From contig OZ059897.1 in NCBI GenBank assembly GCA_964057225.1, positions 9,548,001 to 9,612,000 on the forward strand: a stretch of DNA of 64,000 bases, written 5' to 3'. The position numbers were made by a program, and so were the translations under genes. Below are positions 47,783 through 60,200 of this stretch, one piece after another (positions within the stretch are counted from its first letter, which is position 1; each line of letters opens with the position of its first letter). The notes under the pieces are model-generated. The model did no database searches and was not told the origin of the DNA. It saw only the letters and a program-made list of their open reading frames with translations. The DNA is from Auanema rhodensis (lineage: Eukaryota; Animalia; Nematoda).

Positions 47783-50519
47783 ATGGGTGCATTTTTGCTT
47801 ACTTCTGAGCTCTTCTTAGTTTTTATTTTGACTTCATGCCTTTTAAATAAAGTAAGTTAGCAATTGTACTTGCTAATTCTTTACTTGTTCTATTCAGTAC
47901 GGCAATTGGAGGAAACAGCATATAGTTGTAACATTATCAACATTTATTGGATGGTTTTTCTCGTTTACCATAATATTTGTGTTACCTTTGGATGTTGCTA
48001 TTGTTCGTTACTAAAATATTTTGAATCTAGTTGTGAAACACAAAGATGTTTGAGTATTTATTATTTTCTTATTCAAAAGAGAAACTGTTTTCATATTTGA
48101 CTAAGACAATTTTCTAGCTTTGCAGACTTTCTATAATAAGTGTGAATTGGACCGTCAACATTCAACACCAGGTACATCAAATGATTTGACAAATGTAACG
48201 ATTTGCGAGCAACCCGATGGCTATGTCCGTGATGGCGTTCTTTTGCGCCTGTGGAGAGTTGTATACTGGACAGCTCAAGCTTTAACATGGTTTATTTTGT
48301 TACCATATTTGTTCTTTTCATTATAACCATGTGTAGGATTGTTTTACCATTGTTGCAATCCTATTCAAATGTCGGCGATTTTACAACTGGAGCTCGCTTT
48401 CGATCTGCCTTATTGAACAATATAATATATTATGGTATATATGCGCTGATATTCGTATTACTTCTGTTTTATGCAATGATCAAAGGAGTTGTCATAAACA
48501 GGTTAGCACATTGCAGTTTCTTATATAATTTGTTGTTTAGTGAGCATCTCAAAGTTATCTTAGTATCGGCTTCTAATACCTGGGGATTGTTTTTATTGGT
48601 ATTGCTATTGGGGTATGGATTAGTGGAATTGCCACGTAGCTTATGGCACAAGGGGAATTTAAGTAAAATTGAGCATACTGATAGTATTAAATATAAATTC
48701 ATGCTTGCAGTGTATAGGCTAAATAAAACTTATTTTAATATAGATAAGTTGTCTTCTGAAAAAAGTGAGGCTGAAGATAATCTTAAAAGATTGTATAGGT
48801 AAGACCACTTTATTGCAATTGCTTATGATATATGCTATTTTAATATTGCAGAGAGTCTCGTAAAGTTTTGAATTCATTGCAAAATGAGCATGGAAAACGG
48901 GAAAAGGCACAAATTATCTTGTCAAAATTTCCAAACGAGGTAAATTTTTTTCTTTCTGTCTATTACAGTAATAGTTGCAGGTTTTGGACGAAATTTTTCC
49001 AGTAAGAAGTGCTTCAGAATTTTCTGGTATTGCCGATGTTGGTTCAGTGGCCAGCGAAAAATTTCTTGTATGACATCCATTTGGTTCCGTCACTTATTTA
49101 TTTGTAGGTTTCACTTCATAAAGAAGTAATAGCTGCAGTGCAATCACATCATCGAACAAAAACTCAGTGGAGGTAGGTCATGGCTATATTAACTCCGACT
49201 GTATCAGATATATTACAGCTCCTTATTGAATAAAGCATTGTTTATTGAAGATATATCAAGGGCTGAGCACGGCGCGAAACTGCAACCTATTCCCAATACT
49301 TTCATTCCTGCTTCACTTCAGCATCTCTGGTATGTGAAATTTCGTAAAACCGTCACGAGGGTAAGTTTTGGACTACAGAACACTGAAATGTACTTTTGTT
49401 TAAGTTTTTTTCTTGTATTCTATCTGCAATGACAGCTTTGATTTTAATCTCTGAATGCACATTCTTCATCGTTCATCCAACCCTTTCTCCTGCAGCTTTG
49501 ATAATGGAGTATGCGGCTACAAGGTTTCATTATAAGTATACTCAGGTAGTATGCAAATGAATATCATATTAAATTCTAAAACATTTAAGTTTGTTGCTAT
49601 TGGAATTATTTGTTATCTCTGTTTCTGTGCTTATTTCACAGTTTTTCGTTTGAAAATATATAAATATTATCATTTGGATCCACATAGGAACACTGATGAA
49701 AACAGTTTACTATTCAGCGCAATGTTAGTTTATCATAGGTGATTCTCCAATATATTCTCGTTTTTTAGATTGCTATGTCGCTTAACCCCTCCGATTTGCT
49801 TGAACTTTTTGGGTATGGTTCATCTTGATTCACATATTACAATGGCTAAGGACTACGGTGTTGAAACACAGTTTACCAAGGTACTGTAATTAATCAGGCA
49901 TTAATCATTTTCAATTTCTAGCTTATGGGTCATTTAGATGTTATTCCTATTCTTGCTAAGGGTATTAATATATATCTGCCTATTTGTATCCTAATATTCT
50001 GTGCTGTTAATTATTATAAGTATAACTGCTTATACAGCTTCAATTTGCGATCTGTTTTATTTTAGGCTGGGATCTTATATTATGCATAATTTAGGGTTCG
50101 ACCAATTCATAGCTGATAATGAATTCACTCAGGTTCGCTAAAAATTTTAGCGTTCTTGACTTTAAAAATATTTTAACAGGACATGGTTGCTGCTGGAAAA
50201 GCCCTTGTCCAACTTGAGCGTAATACCATTATTAGATCAATCAACAGAATAAATCGTGAAGAACAACGCCGGGACCACAGATCGCCATTCCGAAGTATAT
50301 TTTACTGTTTTTAAATTTATTTCTACTTTTTAACATTATTTAGGAAATAGAGACAAGCATGTAGATGAGGACCGAGTTCCTATCATAAAAGGAAATACAG
50401 AAGATGATGTGGAAACTGGCCTTCTTCTTGATTATACTGACAACATGACATCTAGAAATTTAGAAAGAAGCCCATATAAGCAGCACCCATCTCCAACCAA
50501 TTTATTCGATGATCTCTGA
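47783..50519 (+). CDS. LMBRD2: LMBR1 domain-containing protein 2 (multi-exon membrane protein)
   Basis: spliced [78 protein letters not shown]-terminal TNLFDDL. Confidence 0.92.
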
Positions 50520-50774
50520 TCTAATTTATTGAAAATAATGTATATTATATGTGCAAAGTTGATACTTCTTTTTGAAGGTTCTTATCATTTTTTTTGTTTC
50601 CAGTGTAATAACTCGTATGAATATATTCATTCTGCAGCACAGTTATGTTGTCAAAAATAAAAAACTAATTAATCGGTTTACCCGTTGTAGAAAACAAAAG
50701 AAACAAATAACAAAAACTAATAAGTTGTGAGTATTCGAAATTAACAATGCTAGGTCTAAAGTATTTTTCTAAGC

Positions 50775-51638
50775 TCATCCTCTCATGTAGTGGTCAATTA
50801 ACGTTGAGAATGCAGCAAATCCTGCAGCCCCCCAAATGGCAGGCTTAATACCAGCACGGAGACCTAAAACTGCTCCGACAATACCTAAATAAAAAAAATA
50901 TATTTATGTTCACAAGTTTTTTTAACCTCCTGAATAAGTTCCGTTTTTCCAGTCACTTTTAGCTCTACAAGTCTCTAATATACATTCGGTTCCTGCAGTT
51001 CATAAGGTAATTTTTGAAATCATAAAATCAATACAACCTGAGAACATTAAACCGATTGAGCCAAAATTTCGACCATAAGATGACATTCTCCCTCTCATCT
51101 CTTTCCAAGTTTCTTTAAATGTTAGCTAGGAGAGAGGAAATCAAAATATCACATAGATAGAAACGAACCTGTTTGGTTGGGTCACCTCCTACCATACTCA
51201 ACGAAGGATCAACAGATGCTGTGAACAATCCAAAGGCAATTCCTGAAAATGCATTTAACATCAAATTCACACAGTTCTAACAAACCAACTCCATATCCTA
51301 GAACTCCCGAAATCGTTGCTTTAACAAAACAGTTTTCCATGGCACGGGAAATCAAAAGTTCCTCTTTTGTCATTTCAGGCAAAGAAAGCATCTTAACAAT
51401 TATTAATTATTCTATTCTTTGTTCATAACCAGCAGAATCTTACCTGCTTAGGTTTTATTGGAGTACGTTCTGGATTCCATGGCCGGGTTTTAGAACCCAA
51501 CATTTCGTCAATCAACATAACATACGCAGAAGGTTTATACTCAAACGGTTTTTCCGGCTCTCGTTCTTTTTTAGTAGCGAAAGGATTACCGAACAGTTCT
51601 TCAAGTGGTATTCCACTACCTGGTACAATCCCATTCAT
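50775..51638 (-). CDS. tim-22: Mitochondrial inner-membrane translocase subunit TIM22 (multi-exon)
   Basis: [73 protein letters not shown]. Confidence 0.93.
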
Positions 51639-52042
51639 GCTTGAAATAATACCCAAAAAATGTACCCAGCCTAGGCGTTACTGGGTTGATTTCAATTCGA
51701 CAAAAACAGATATGGCTTTGATATGAACATAATATATAAAACAAAATACATATATTTTTAAAAATGCTATTTATTACAGGGTGGTCACATTGACAATCAA
51801 ATTATACAAAGATCAAATAACTGTAGAGATCAGACGTGATGCACCTCACAGCTTTGTTTCGAAATATCAGAATATAATAAAAACAAGTAGCATTGACATA
51901 ATCAAGTGTTTCAAAACTTAACCTTCTACCCGAACCTCCTGATCACTAAATAAGACTATTATGTAATCCAATACAAGCTAAATGACGTAGAAAGAGGTAA
52001 TGAAAAGGAATGAGAACAACTAAGCAGCAAATTTCGAGAGCA

Positions 52043-54663
52043 CTAATTAGTTTCGTCTGATTTCTTTTCTTTTTCTATTCCAGGTGGAATATCTTGGTCA
52101 TTCTTCTCACTTCCTTTATTATCTAAAATAAAAGGTTTGAAGAATGTTCAATTTATTCTAAAAAAAACCTTCGTTTTTCACTTTTTCTTGATTACTTGTT
52201 TCATCTGGTATCAAAAGATTTTGTAAAAGGACAGTTGCATTTTCAGTTTGGAGATGTAGCTTTTCTTCAGCAATAAATTGCCCATACTCGTCCAGAAAAT
52301 CATTTTCATCAATGCATGGATCTTGTTCAGCTGATTGAGCAGAATCTCAAAACAATACATATGATAAAGAATTTAATTTAAAAAATTAAATACTTTTATC
52401 CTCCAATTCTTTGAATTGTGATTCTAGGAACATCCTTTCTTCATCCGTCAGATCGATGACATGTCCGTCAGGCCCAATTATTGCTCCAACGGGGGCAGAC
52501 ATCGAAGAAGAAGTTGAAGAGCCAGTACCAGACTGAAATAAATTATAAACACTAATTTAGAGAAATTGAAGCTCACTCTATTTGGTTTTACCCATCCACG
52601 TTGTCGAGTTTCTATCACATTAGTCATTTTAGTTTTAACTACATCATCCAATTGACGAGATCCGTTGACATATCCGCTGAGTTTTGTGAGAATTTGATTC
52701 ATCTGAAAACTTTAATTAAGGAAAGAACTTCAATTTAGATCGAACCGTTGCTTCTCCCCCTTTCATGGAATCAAGATCGGAACCACATAATTTCAAAACT
52801 TGAGTTATAGCGTTCATAGACTCATTGGTAACAGCTTCCTGATTAAAAGCAAAGTACGACAAGTGTCAAAAATAAAATGTACTTTTATGATGTCTTCTAT
52901 TTGCTCAAATACGGCACCGCCAAGACGTTCAACAGGTGCTCCATTTCCCTGTAAGAAGACAAACCGTTGAAAGATTTTCAAATACTCTAATAAACCAATC
53001 GTAAATTCAGAAAAACTTCGCCGAAAAACATTAATAGGTCGCATTTTTTTTGAATATCGAACAAAGCTCTTGTTTCTGTGTGAATCTTCTGAAGCGTAGG
53101 GAATATATTGGTTGTCTTACACCCTGGTATCTAAATTAATAATTTTTTTAGAAGAAGACTACTTTTAAAAGTACTTCTTCATCAAGATAAGCAAGTAGAC
53201 GAGCAAAAATGAACTGAGGTGAAGGTCCCCTTGACGAATTAGGAGACACAGCAATTGCCTAAGGAAAAGTTCTATGAAAAAAATGCCATAATCTAATGTT
53301 AACCATTTCACAAGCGATAGCAATAGCAATATTTCGACTTTCGTCCGACATATTAGGACAAGCCATTCTATCTTTAATAGCTAAGCTCCAGGAATCAAAA
53401 TCATCACCAGAAACAAGTTGTTCCAAACCAACTTGAATCTAAAAATCGAAATCAACAATTAATAAATTTAATTCACTGGATACCTCATTTAACTGCGTAG
53501 AATTTTGGCTTTCACTCATCTTATATTGGAGATCTTGTGTTGGCACATAAAGAGCCGAAGCCATTTCACACCCAAACTGAAAGAATACATATTGATTTTA
53601 ATTTTAAACTAAACACAACCTGTCCGTACATAGCTTCATAGACAGCCTCTTCATTTTCATAATTAGCCATGTTGTTAGAATTCTGAATAACTATTTTAAA
53701 GAAAAACTTAACTTATACTCTGTGGAAAAAAACGAGAAGGGGAATGCAATCGTGGGTCGGGGAAATTAACTATCCACCGATTGTATCGATTGCCAAAAGT
53801 TTGCATTAGAGAGAGAGAGCAAATCAACATCGGAACAACTATCAAAATATACTTTTTTTTCAATGCATTATTAATCAGAAAACATTGTATCAATTTCTAT
53901 TAAACGTGGATTATAATAAAAAAAAGCTGAAAAAATAAAATCAATTGTAATATATCGATTTAACTTTAAACAAGATCTCCCAAAAAAAATTTAAAATTAA
54001 GAAATATTTCGAATACTATAATATGAATATAATAATTAAAGAGTGCGAAATTCATATTTAGAAAGAAGAGGAAGGAATGCTAACTAAGGACGATGTAGCA
54101 TTTCAAGTGACAATAGTACGAGGACAGTGGGAAATTTGAGCGCTTCGTTAAACATTGCGGAGAAGGCCACGTTCATTTAAACATGGTTTAGAAAAAACTT
54201 CAGATAAAGAACACTTACATAATTTTGCTGCTGATAGCTAGATTGACCACCACCGTAATTTGGTTGACTATAGTTAGGATAACAGTCATTAAACTGAAGT
54301 ATTATTGTTATAACTCAGAAAAGTTTAATTAGCTCAGTACCTGTGGCTGTCTCTTGTATTGTGAGCGTGGGACGAAAACTTCAGCGTTAGGATTGAGGTG
54401 GACAGCTTAAGAATAATTCAATGAATATATCAATATTGTGAAAATACTTTGATTATAAGGATTATGTTGTTGCATGTAAGACATAGGACGTTGACCATGC
54501 TGAGCATGATGATTAAGATTGTTTTGCAGAGGAACTTGAGGGTAATCCATTGGATTATAGGGAGCTCGATAACGAGCGTTCCAATCTGAAGTTAATCGCG
54601 AATTAAAAACCCTCAAACTCAGCTTTCAATACCTTTCATTCCATTCATACCATTGGGATCCAT
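52043..54663 (-). CDS. PAIP1: Polyadenylate-binding protein-interacting protein 1-like (PAM2, MIF4G-like core, acidic C-terminus), multi-exon
   Basis: PAM2 HLNPNAEVFVP; helical core LLMFFGEVFLNL and QVLKLCGSDL; GPDGHVIDLTDEERMFL and acidic tail. Confidence 0.75.
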
Positions 54664-55500
54664 TTTATCGCCTCCGTATCCCTTCAAATTGGAAAAATGA
54701 AACATTACAAGTTGTTATAACAAAAAAAAATGATTTTAATATAAAGATCAGATGATGTTTTGTGGGCGGGACTACAATGCGCATGAATATGAACAAGGCG
54801 CAGTCGTCTTGTAAACACCGGACATAATAGTCAAAAGCTATTATTTACTACCACGGTAATACTAATGTTCAAATACTTTTTTAAAATGCAATGACGATTT
54901 GATTTCTAAAAGTAACTTGATAAAATCCCGGATTTTAAATACAATAAAGGGATTGGATGATATTATGATATTCATATTGAGCTGCAGAAACCGGTTATTC
55001 TGATTCCAAATGAACCTAAACAGGTGGCATACCTAGTGAAATGTTAGAATTACTGGAATCCCTAGCTAAATACATCATGGCAGGAGTCTTAGTGACATAT
55101 AACGCCATCAAAATCTATTTTTAGCTGTCAAGGAAACTTTTTGTGATAATTAAGAGATCTAGAATACAATTTGTACGCTGAAGAACACGCATACGATGAA
55201 CATTGTAATTAAGACCTTTTGATCTAAGTTAAAGTGTTTATTTCCCCACCTTTCAAGAATTTCCAGTTTCCGTTTAGTCTTTTAATGTCTCTCCAATCAT
55301 TTTTCAGCGTGTAATGACCCACGTTTCGCATCCTTCCGATCACTGGAAGCAAATTTCACGAATCTGTCTCTTCTTTATAACATAAGTTCCGAGCCATGTA
55401 GATTCTTTGATAACAGTTTGATCAGTGCCCGGTCAACTTCAGGTAGACTATATAAGGTATCAGTCGCACTGATGTAATCAAATTCTAATAAGTTTCTAAC

Positions 55501-55773
55501 ATGCTTCGAGTTTTCATCATCGTCTTAATATTCGCAGTGTTATCCGTACACAGTCAATGGTTCTTCAGTCCTTTTAATTTTCAACCTGCTACTACTACAG
55601 CTGCACCTACTCCTGCTTATGTAGAACAGTTTAAGGTTTGTGCTCAAACTCAAAAATCTTAAATTAGCATTTGATTTCAGAGATATGGATATGAAACCGA
55701 TGACAAAGGAAGTGTTTGGATGGGAGATGATAACGCAAAAATTTTTCTGATTTCCAGGAGTTCATTTCCTTAG
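55501..55773 (+). CDS. Small secreted protein, 75 aa, two exons (55501-55635, 55681-55773)
   Basis: signal peptide MLRVFIIVLIFAVLSVHS; 45-nt GT...TTTCAG intron, in frame to RYGYETDDKGSVWMGDDNAKIFLISRSSFP. Confidence 0.8.
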
Positions 55774-56219
55774 AGGAAATATAACTTTATAAATTTGATC
55801 TCTTACACAATGACTTAATTTACATTTCTGTTCATAAAATAATATGATAAATTGATTAAACTCTATTTTTATTTGTAAAGATAAAAAACATAAACTACTT
55901 TACATGCACAACAGAGAATTAAGTAGGAAAACGTTTATAGGTTTGTAGGCTAGATACCTTTTTTCTGTATTTTTTTGCAAAAAGTAAGGATAGACTATAA
56001 AGTTGATCATCTGTTTAGATCTAAGAGATCATAATTTGGCGCGTATTCTAAGGAAATAAGAAAAGTCTATTCAGTTATGCCATTATTGTCTTCCAATCAT
56101 ATTTTGGTTTAGTATCTAGTATGTCATATCTATTTATTTGGATATGTTAAGTAATATATATAAAACTTCTTTATACTTTTAGATAGCTTTACGCGCGGAA
56201 AAACTCTTTTTTTCATAAA

Positions 56220-57288
56220 ATGACTGAGAGACTTCTTATGGTTCCAAGTAAGAAGACTGAGCTCGATAAACTTACTGAATCTATGTATGAGATGGACGAT
56301 CAGATGAACCAAACATGTCCACCTGATTTAATTGGTGGTTTTGATCAGGTTAACAGTTTCTAAATTTAGTTTGTTATTTTTCTTTTTTTAGCAATTCATT
56401 CATTCACTTTCTCTTCGTGATGTTATGTTTCAAAAAGAGTTTGATCGTTCTGTTACCAGTGCTATAATTGCCCAAGATCCATGTACTTTAGCTGATGATG
56501 AAAGGGAAATTCTTCTTAGAAAGAAGAGAAAAGTCTGCTAATTTTCGATTGAAAAAATAATTTATATCTTTTCTAGGAAGATGCTTTCAAGACAGCGCTT
56601 TGTGAATCTTACAGAAGAAATGGAGAATGCTCATATGGAGCTGGGTGTAGATTTGCTCATGGGGTTGAAGAACTTCGCTTACCATCGCAGGTATTAATTT
56701 TAATAAGTTAGGCTTCATGCAGCTTCATGGTTTTTGATATCTGATCTCTAATCTTCATTTCTTATTTAATTTTCTAGCCCCGTGGTCGTAATCATCCAAA
56801 GTATAAGACTGTGTTGTGTGACAAGTTTTCTAGTAGCGGGCATTGCAAGTATGGTGCCAGGTTTGATTAAAATCCTGATGCGTTCGTAAAAGTTTGTTTT
56901 TTCAAGGTGTCAATTCATTCACAAGATCACTAATCCAGTCATTCTTCAACAACGTGTTAGAATTAGAGATTTTCCTGACAAAGTGAGAAATTTATAATTT
57001 ATCTAGAGGAAGTGGTTATTTTAGGAAAACATTGGAACAGAAATTCCAAACGCTAGATTCCGCAGCTACACTACTGGTCGATTCAATTTGAACCAAAGGT
57101 TTTTTGTGCTTATATACTGAAAATATTTTGTTATTTCTTTCAGTATGCCAATGGAAGTATTCGACCAATCTGATATCAATAGAGCATTCAGTAGAGCTGC
57201 CGAGTCCAGCCATTTACCGCGTTTAAATGAGAAACCAATTGAAGGAGTAACCCATGCTCGTAATTTCCTTCAGAATATGCACATATAA
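56220..57288 (+). CDS. pos-1: Tandem CCCH zinc-finger RNA-binding protein, POS-1 orthologue (multi-exon)
   Basis: spliced [71 protein letters not shown] closely matches recalled C. elegans POS-1 fingers. Confidence 0.88.
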
Positions 57289-60200
57289 CTTAATGTTTAA
57301 CTTAAGTTCATTGATCTCAAACTTATATTATTCTCTGACTGACTTTTTAACAACATCAACTTCACCTTTTAGTCGTATTATTGTATATTTAAAACTTTTA
57401 TTTGGCATGTTTTACGAAAATTTAGGCTAAGATCTAACATAATATCCGTGAGTTCGACTCTTTCGTGTTATAGTATTTGCATGTATGATAGTTTGAAGTG
57501 GATTGATAAACGTTTACAACGATTGATACTCTCGCTTTCAATAAAAGCATTAAAGAAATTTGGTATTACCGACTGTCTACAAAGAAAGTACGTGATAAAC
57601 TGTACGTAATTAAGAATTTTTAAATAAGTAGTTACGGACTATCTCGGAAACACATGTTTGAATTTCAAACTTTGAAAATCTGCTTTTCTAAGTGAAACAT
57701 GTATTTGTTTGCTGATCACTTGTGTTTTAACTTAGTGACCAATTTCTATAAATCTTAAAAAAACTTTAATTTGGCAAAAAGCTTAGAAATATTCCTGGAA
57801 AAGAAAACACTTGTTGTAATTAATTTTGCTACATATATTATGGCTGAAGGTTATATTTTTATTACTTAAAAATATTTACAATTTTTTTGCTTTACTTTCT
57901 TAGAATAGATTTAGTAAAATAATTTGATTAGATTTGCGATTTATGCTGATAAGCGATTTCAATTCGGATTGAAAAATCACATCCGCCTAATTGCTTCGTC
58001 ATATTTCATTATTTTTTATGTAAAGTATTGTTGCAAAAGTAAATAACAAATATATTAATAATCTTATACTTTGTTCTGTAAGCGCATAGGTAAAATGTGG
58101 CTTCTTTCGGTTATTTTTTCAACATAGTCTTAAGTCTGGAATTGCAAGAACCAAACTAGTCGAATTTATTGCAATATACAGAATGGAATATGTGAACATA
58201 AATGATTCTATGCAAAGCACGATAAAGGAAGAAATAACATTTTGCTCACAAATTGATGAAGTTAAAAGATTTATTTCATTTGTTTGAAAAAGCATTGAAA
58301 TGAAATCACTAACTCACTGTTATTGTAAGATGTAGTGTGAAGAGGTTTACATTGTTCTTGCAGGTGACAATAATCAAAATTTCCACTAGCGAATCTTCGA
58401 GAACCAGTTAGCGATGACTAAGTGCAGTTAAAAATCAATTTGCAAGTTTCAAAATCTGTGGTACTAAGAGATCAGTTTCAATTTCAAAGGCTAGATACCC
58501 AAAAATCCAAAAATGTAAAAATGACAATTCATTCTTGCAACAATGATAACTTACGTAGAAGGTTCAATGAGTACAGGAAAACTGAATGATTCAATTTTTC
58601 ATTTTTGGTCAAAGTTTCAAATCTGCTGACTTGAATGGGGCTAAATTTCAAACCTTATTCTTCAACTAACGACATTCACAAAAGAAAAGTACTGACTGTC
58701 TTCCAAATCCCCAATGGATTTTTCAAAAATTAATGTTTATGTTGAATGTGAATGTCAGTTGACAGGCAAATATTTCGTTTTGTCTTAGAATTTATATGAA
58801 CTTGTGTGGTGGCCAGTGATTTGTGACATAGCAGATTAGACAACTCGGCTCCTTTTCTTACGTTCCCACTGAGTTTAAAGAGATGAGCCCATAAACTTCA
58901 AACTGAGAAAGAGAAGAAATGAGGCAGCAATATAGTTTACTAATCAATTGACGGTTTTATGGATTTTGTGTGAAAATAATTTGTCGAAAAATGCTCATAA
59001 CCATTCAATTGATCATAGACACAATTTACCACTAGAAACATGGTCATTAATAGTCAAATGAATAAAAATGAAATGTGTCAGCTGATGAGTTTTATGAAGC
59101 ATATCATCACACTTTCAACTCTTTTTTTTTTTTTGATTTCTCGAAATCTCTTTTCAGAAGATTACGGTAAATAGGATGAGCTGAGAATGTGGAAACGAAG
59201 ATCTGGGTGGTAGTGCTCTGCCAACAACTCTACTAAACGATCTCAATAAACAATGAAAGTTGTACGTGAAAAGATAATAAAATCCTTTTCTCACATCATT
59301 AAATTCGATAAAACAATTAAAGTTTATTTCAAATATAAATCTTTAATTTTCTTCTTAGAAATTAAAATAAGATGTAATTTTTATTTTAAAAATAAAAACA
59401 ATTATAGTCATATCATTCCCTCCCCCCCCATTATATTAAAAGAATATAAATATTATGCTAATTATATAATATAATTATACAAATTTTCACAGAATATTAT
59501 ATAAATATTATATAATACTATAAAATGTATTTGTATTGATATCAACAATGATTTTTTTATGATTTATTGTAGATATTCATTTGAGTTTACCTTGCTGTTG
59601 CGTATTTTCCTTATCAGAAATTAATTTTTACAACATTTTATCATTGAATTCACCTTTATTCAAGAATTAATATGAAATGTATAAACTAATTAATTAATAA
59701 AATAAATTAATCTTAAGTATACTATTCTTTTTTCGATTTTCATATAATGAATAAAGTTGTTCAAGAGCTTTTTTCCATGATTGTAAATCGATTAGCTGGA
59801 ATATTGACAGGCAATAACCCATCATTAGAGAGCTACTGTTTTATCAATTGATACGATATTCTCCCATCAAAACCTCTTTTATGGTTAATTATGTAAATAT
59901 ATATATTAATTGATAGGCAATTATAATATTATTAATCATATAATTTATTTATTATGAATTCAATTACTTTCTCTTCACCTTCGATATAATCATTAAACAT
60001 TTTTTAGTGATAACGCCATTTTTGTCAGTTCAATCTAGAGCTCGAAAGCAATATTTTTACATACTTACATACTTTAATCTTATATATAAGTGAGATAAAA
60101 GCTGTTGTTAGGCTATTTTATAATGTTTTTTAATAAAATAATAGTTTTAATCTTAATCAGAGTATAATGATGCTCTTCTATAATAGCCTTCTCCCCCCCC

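Larger units (their letters stand above)
45302..55262. repeat. Inverted segmental duplication: 45302-46916 = rc(53648-55262) and 46918-47716 = rc(51702-52500)
   Basis: mirror ORFs (coordinate sums 100564 and 99418); one SNP seen at 45541/55023. Confidence 0.95.

Noticed and set aside
45302-55262. Inverted duplication as pure assembly artefact
   Set aside because: Arms differ by a 1147-bp deletion with a 1-nt insertion and at least one SNP, and enclose two unique genes; still needs read confirmation
45901-57288. Functional clustering of translation regulators (PAIP1, pos-1) with the tRNA array
   Set aside because: Adjacency alone gives no evidence of co-regulation
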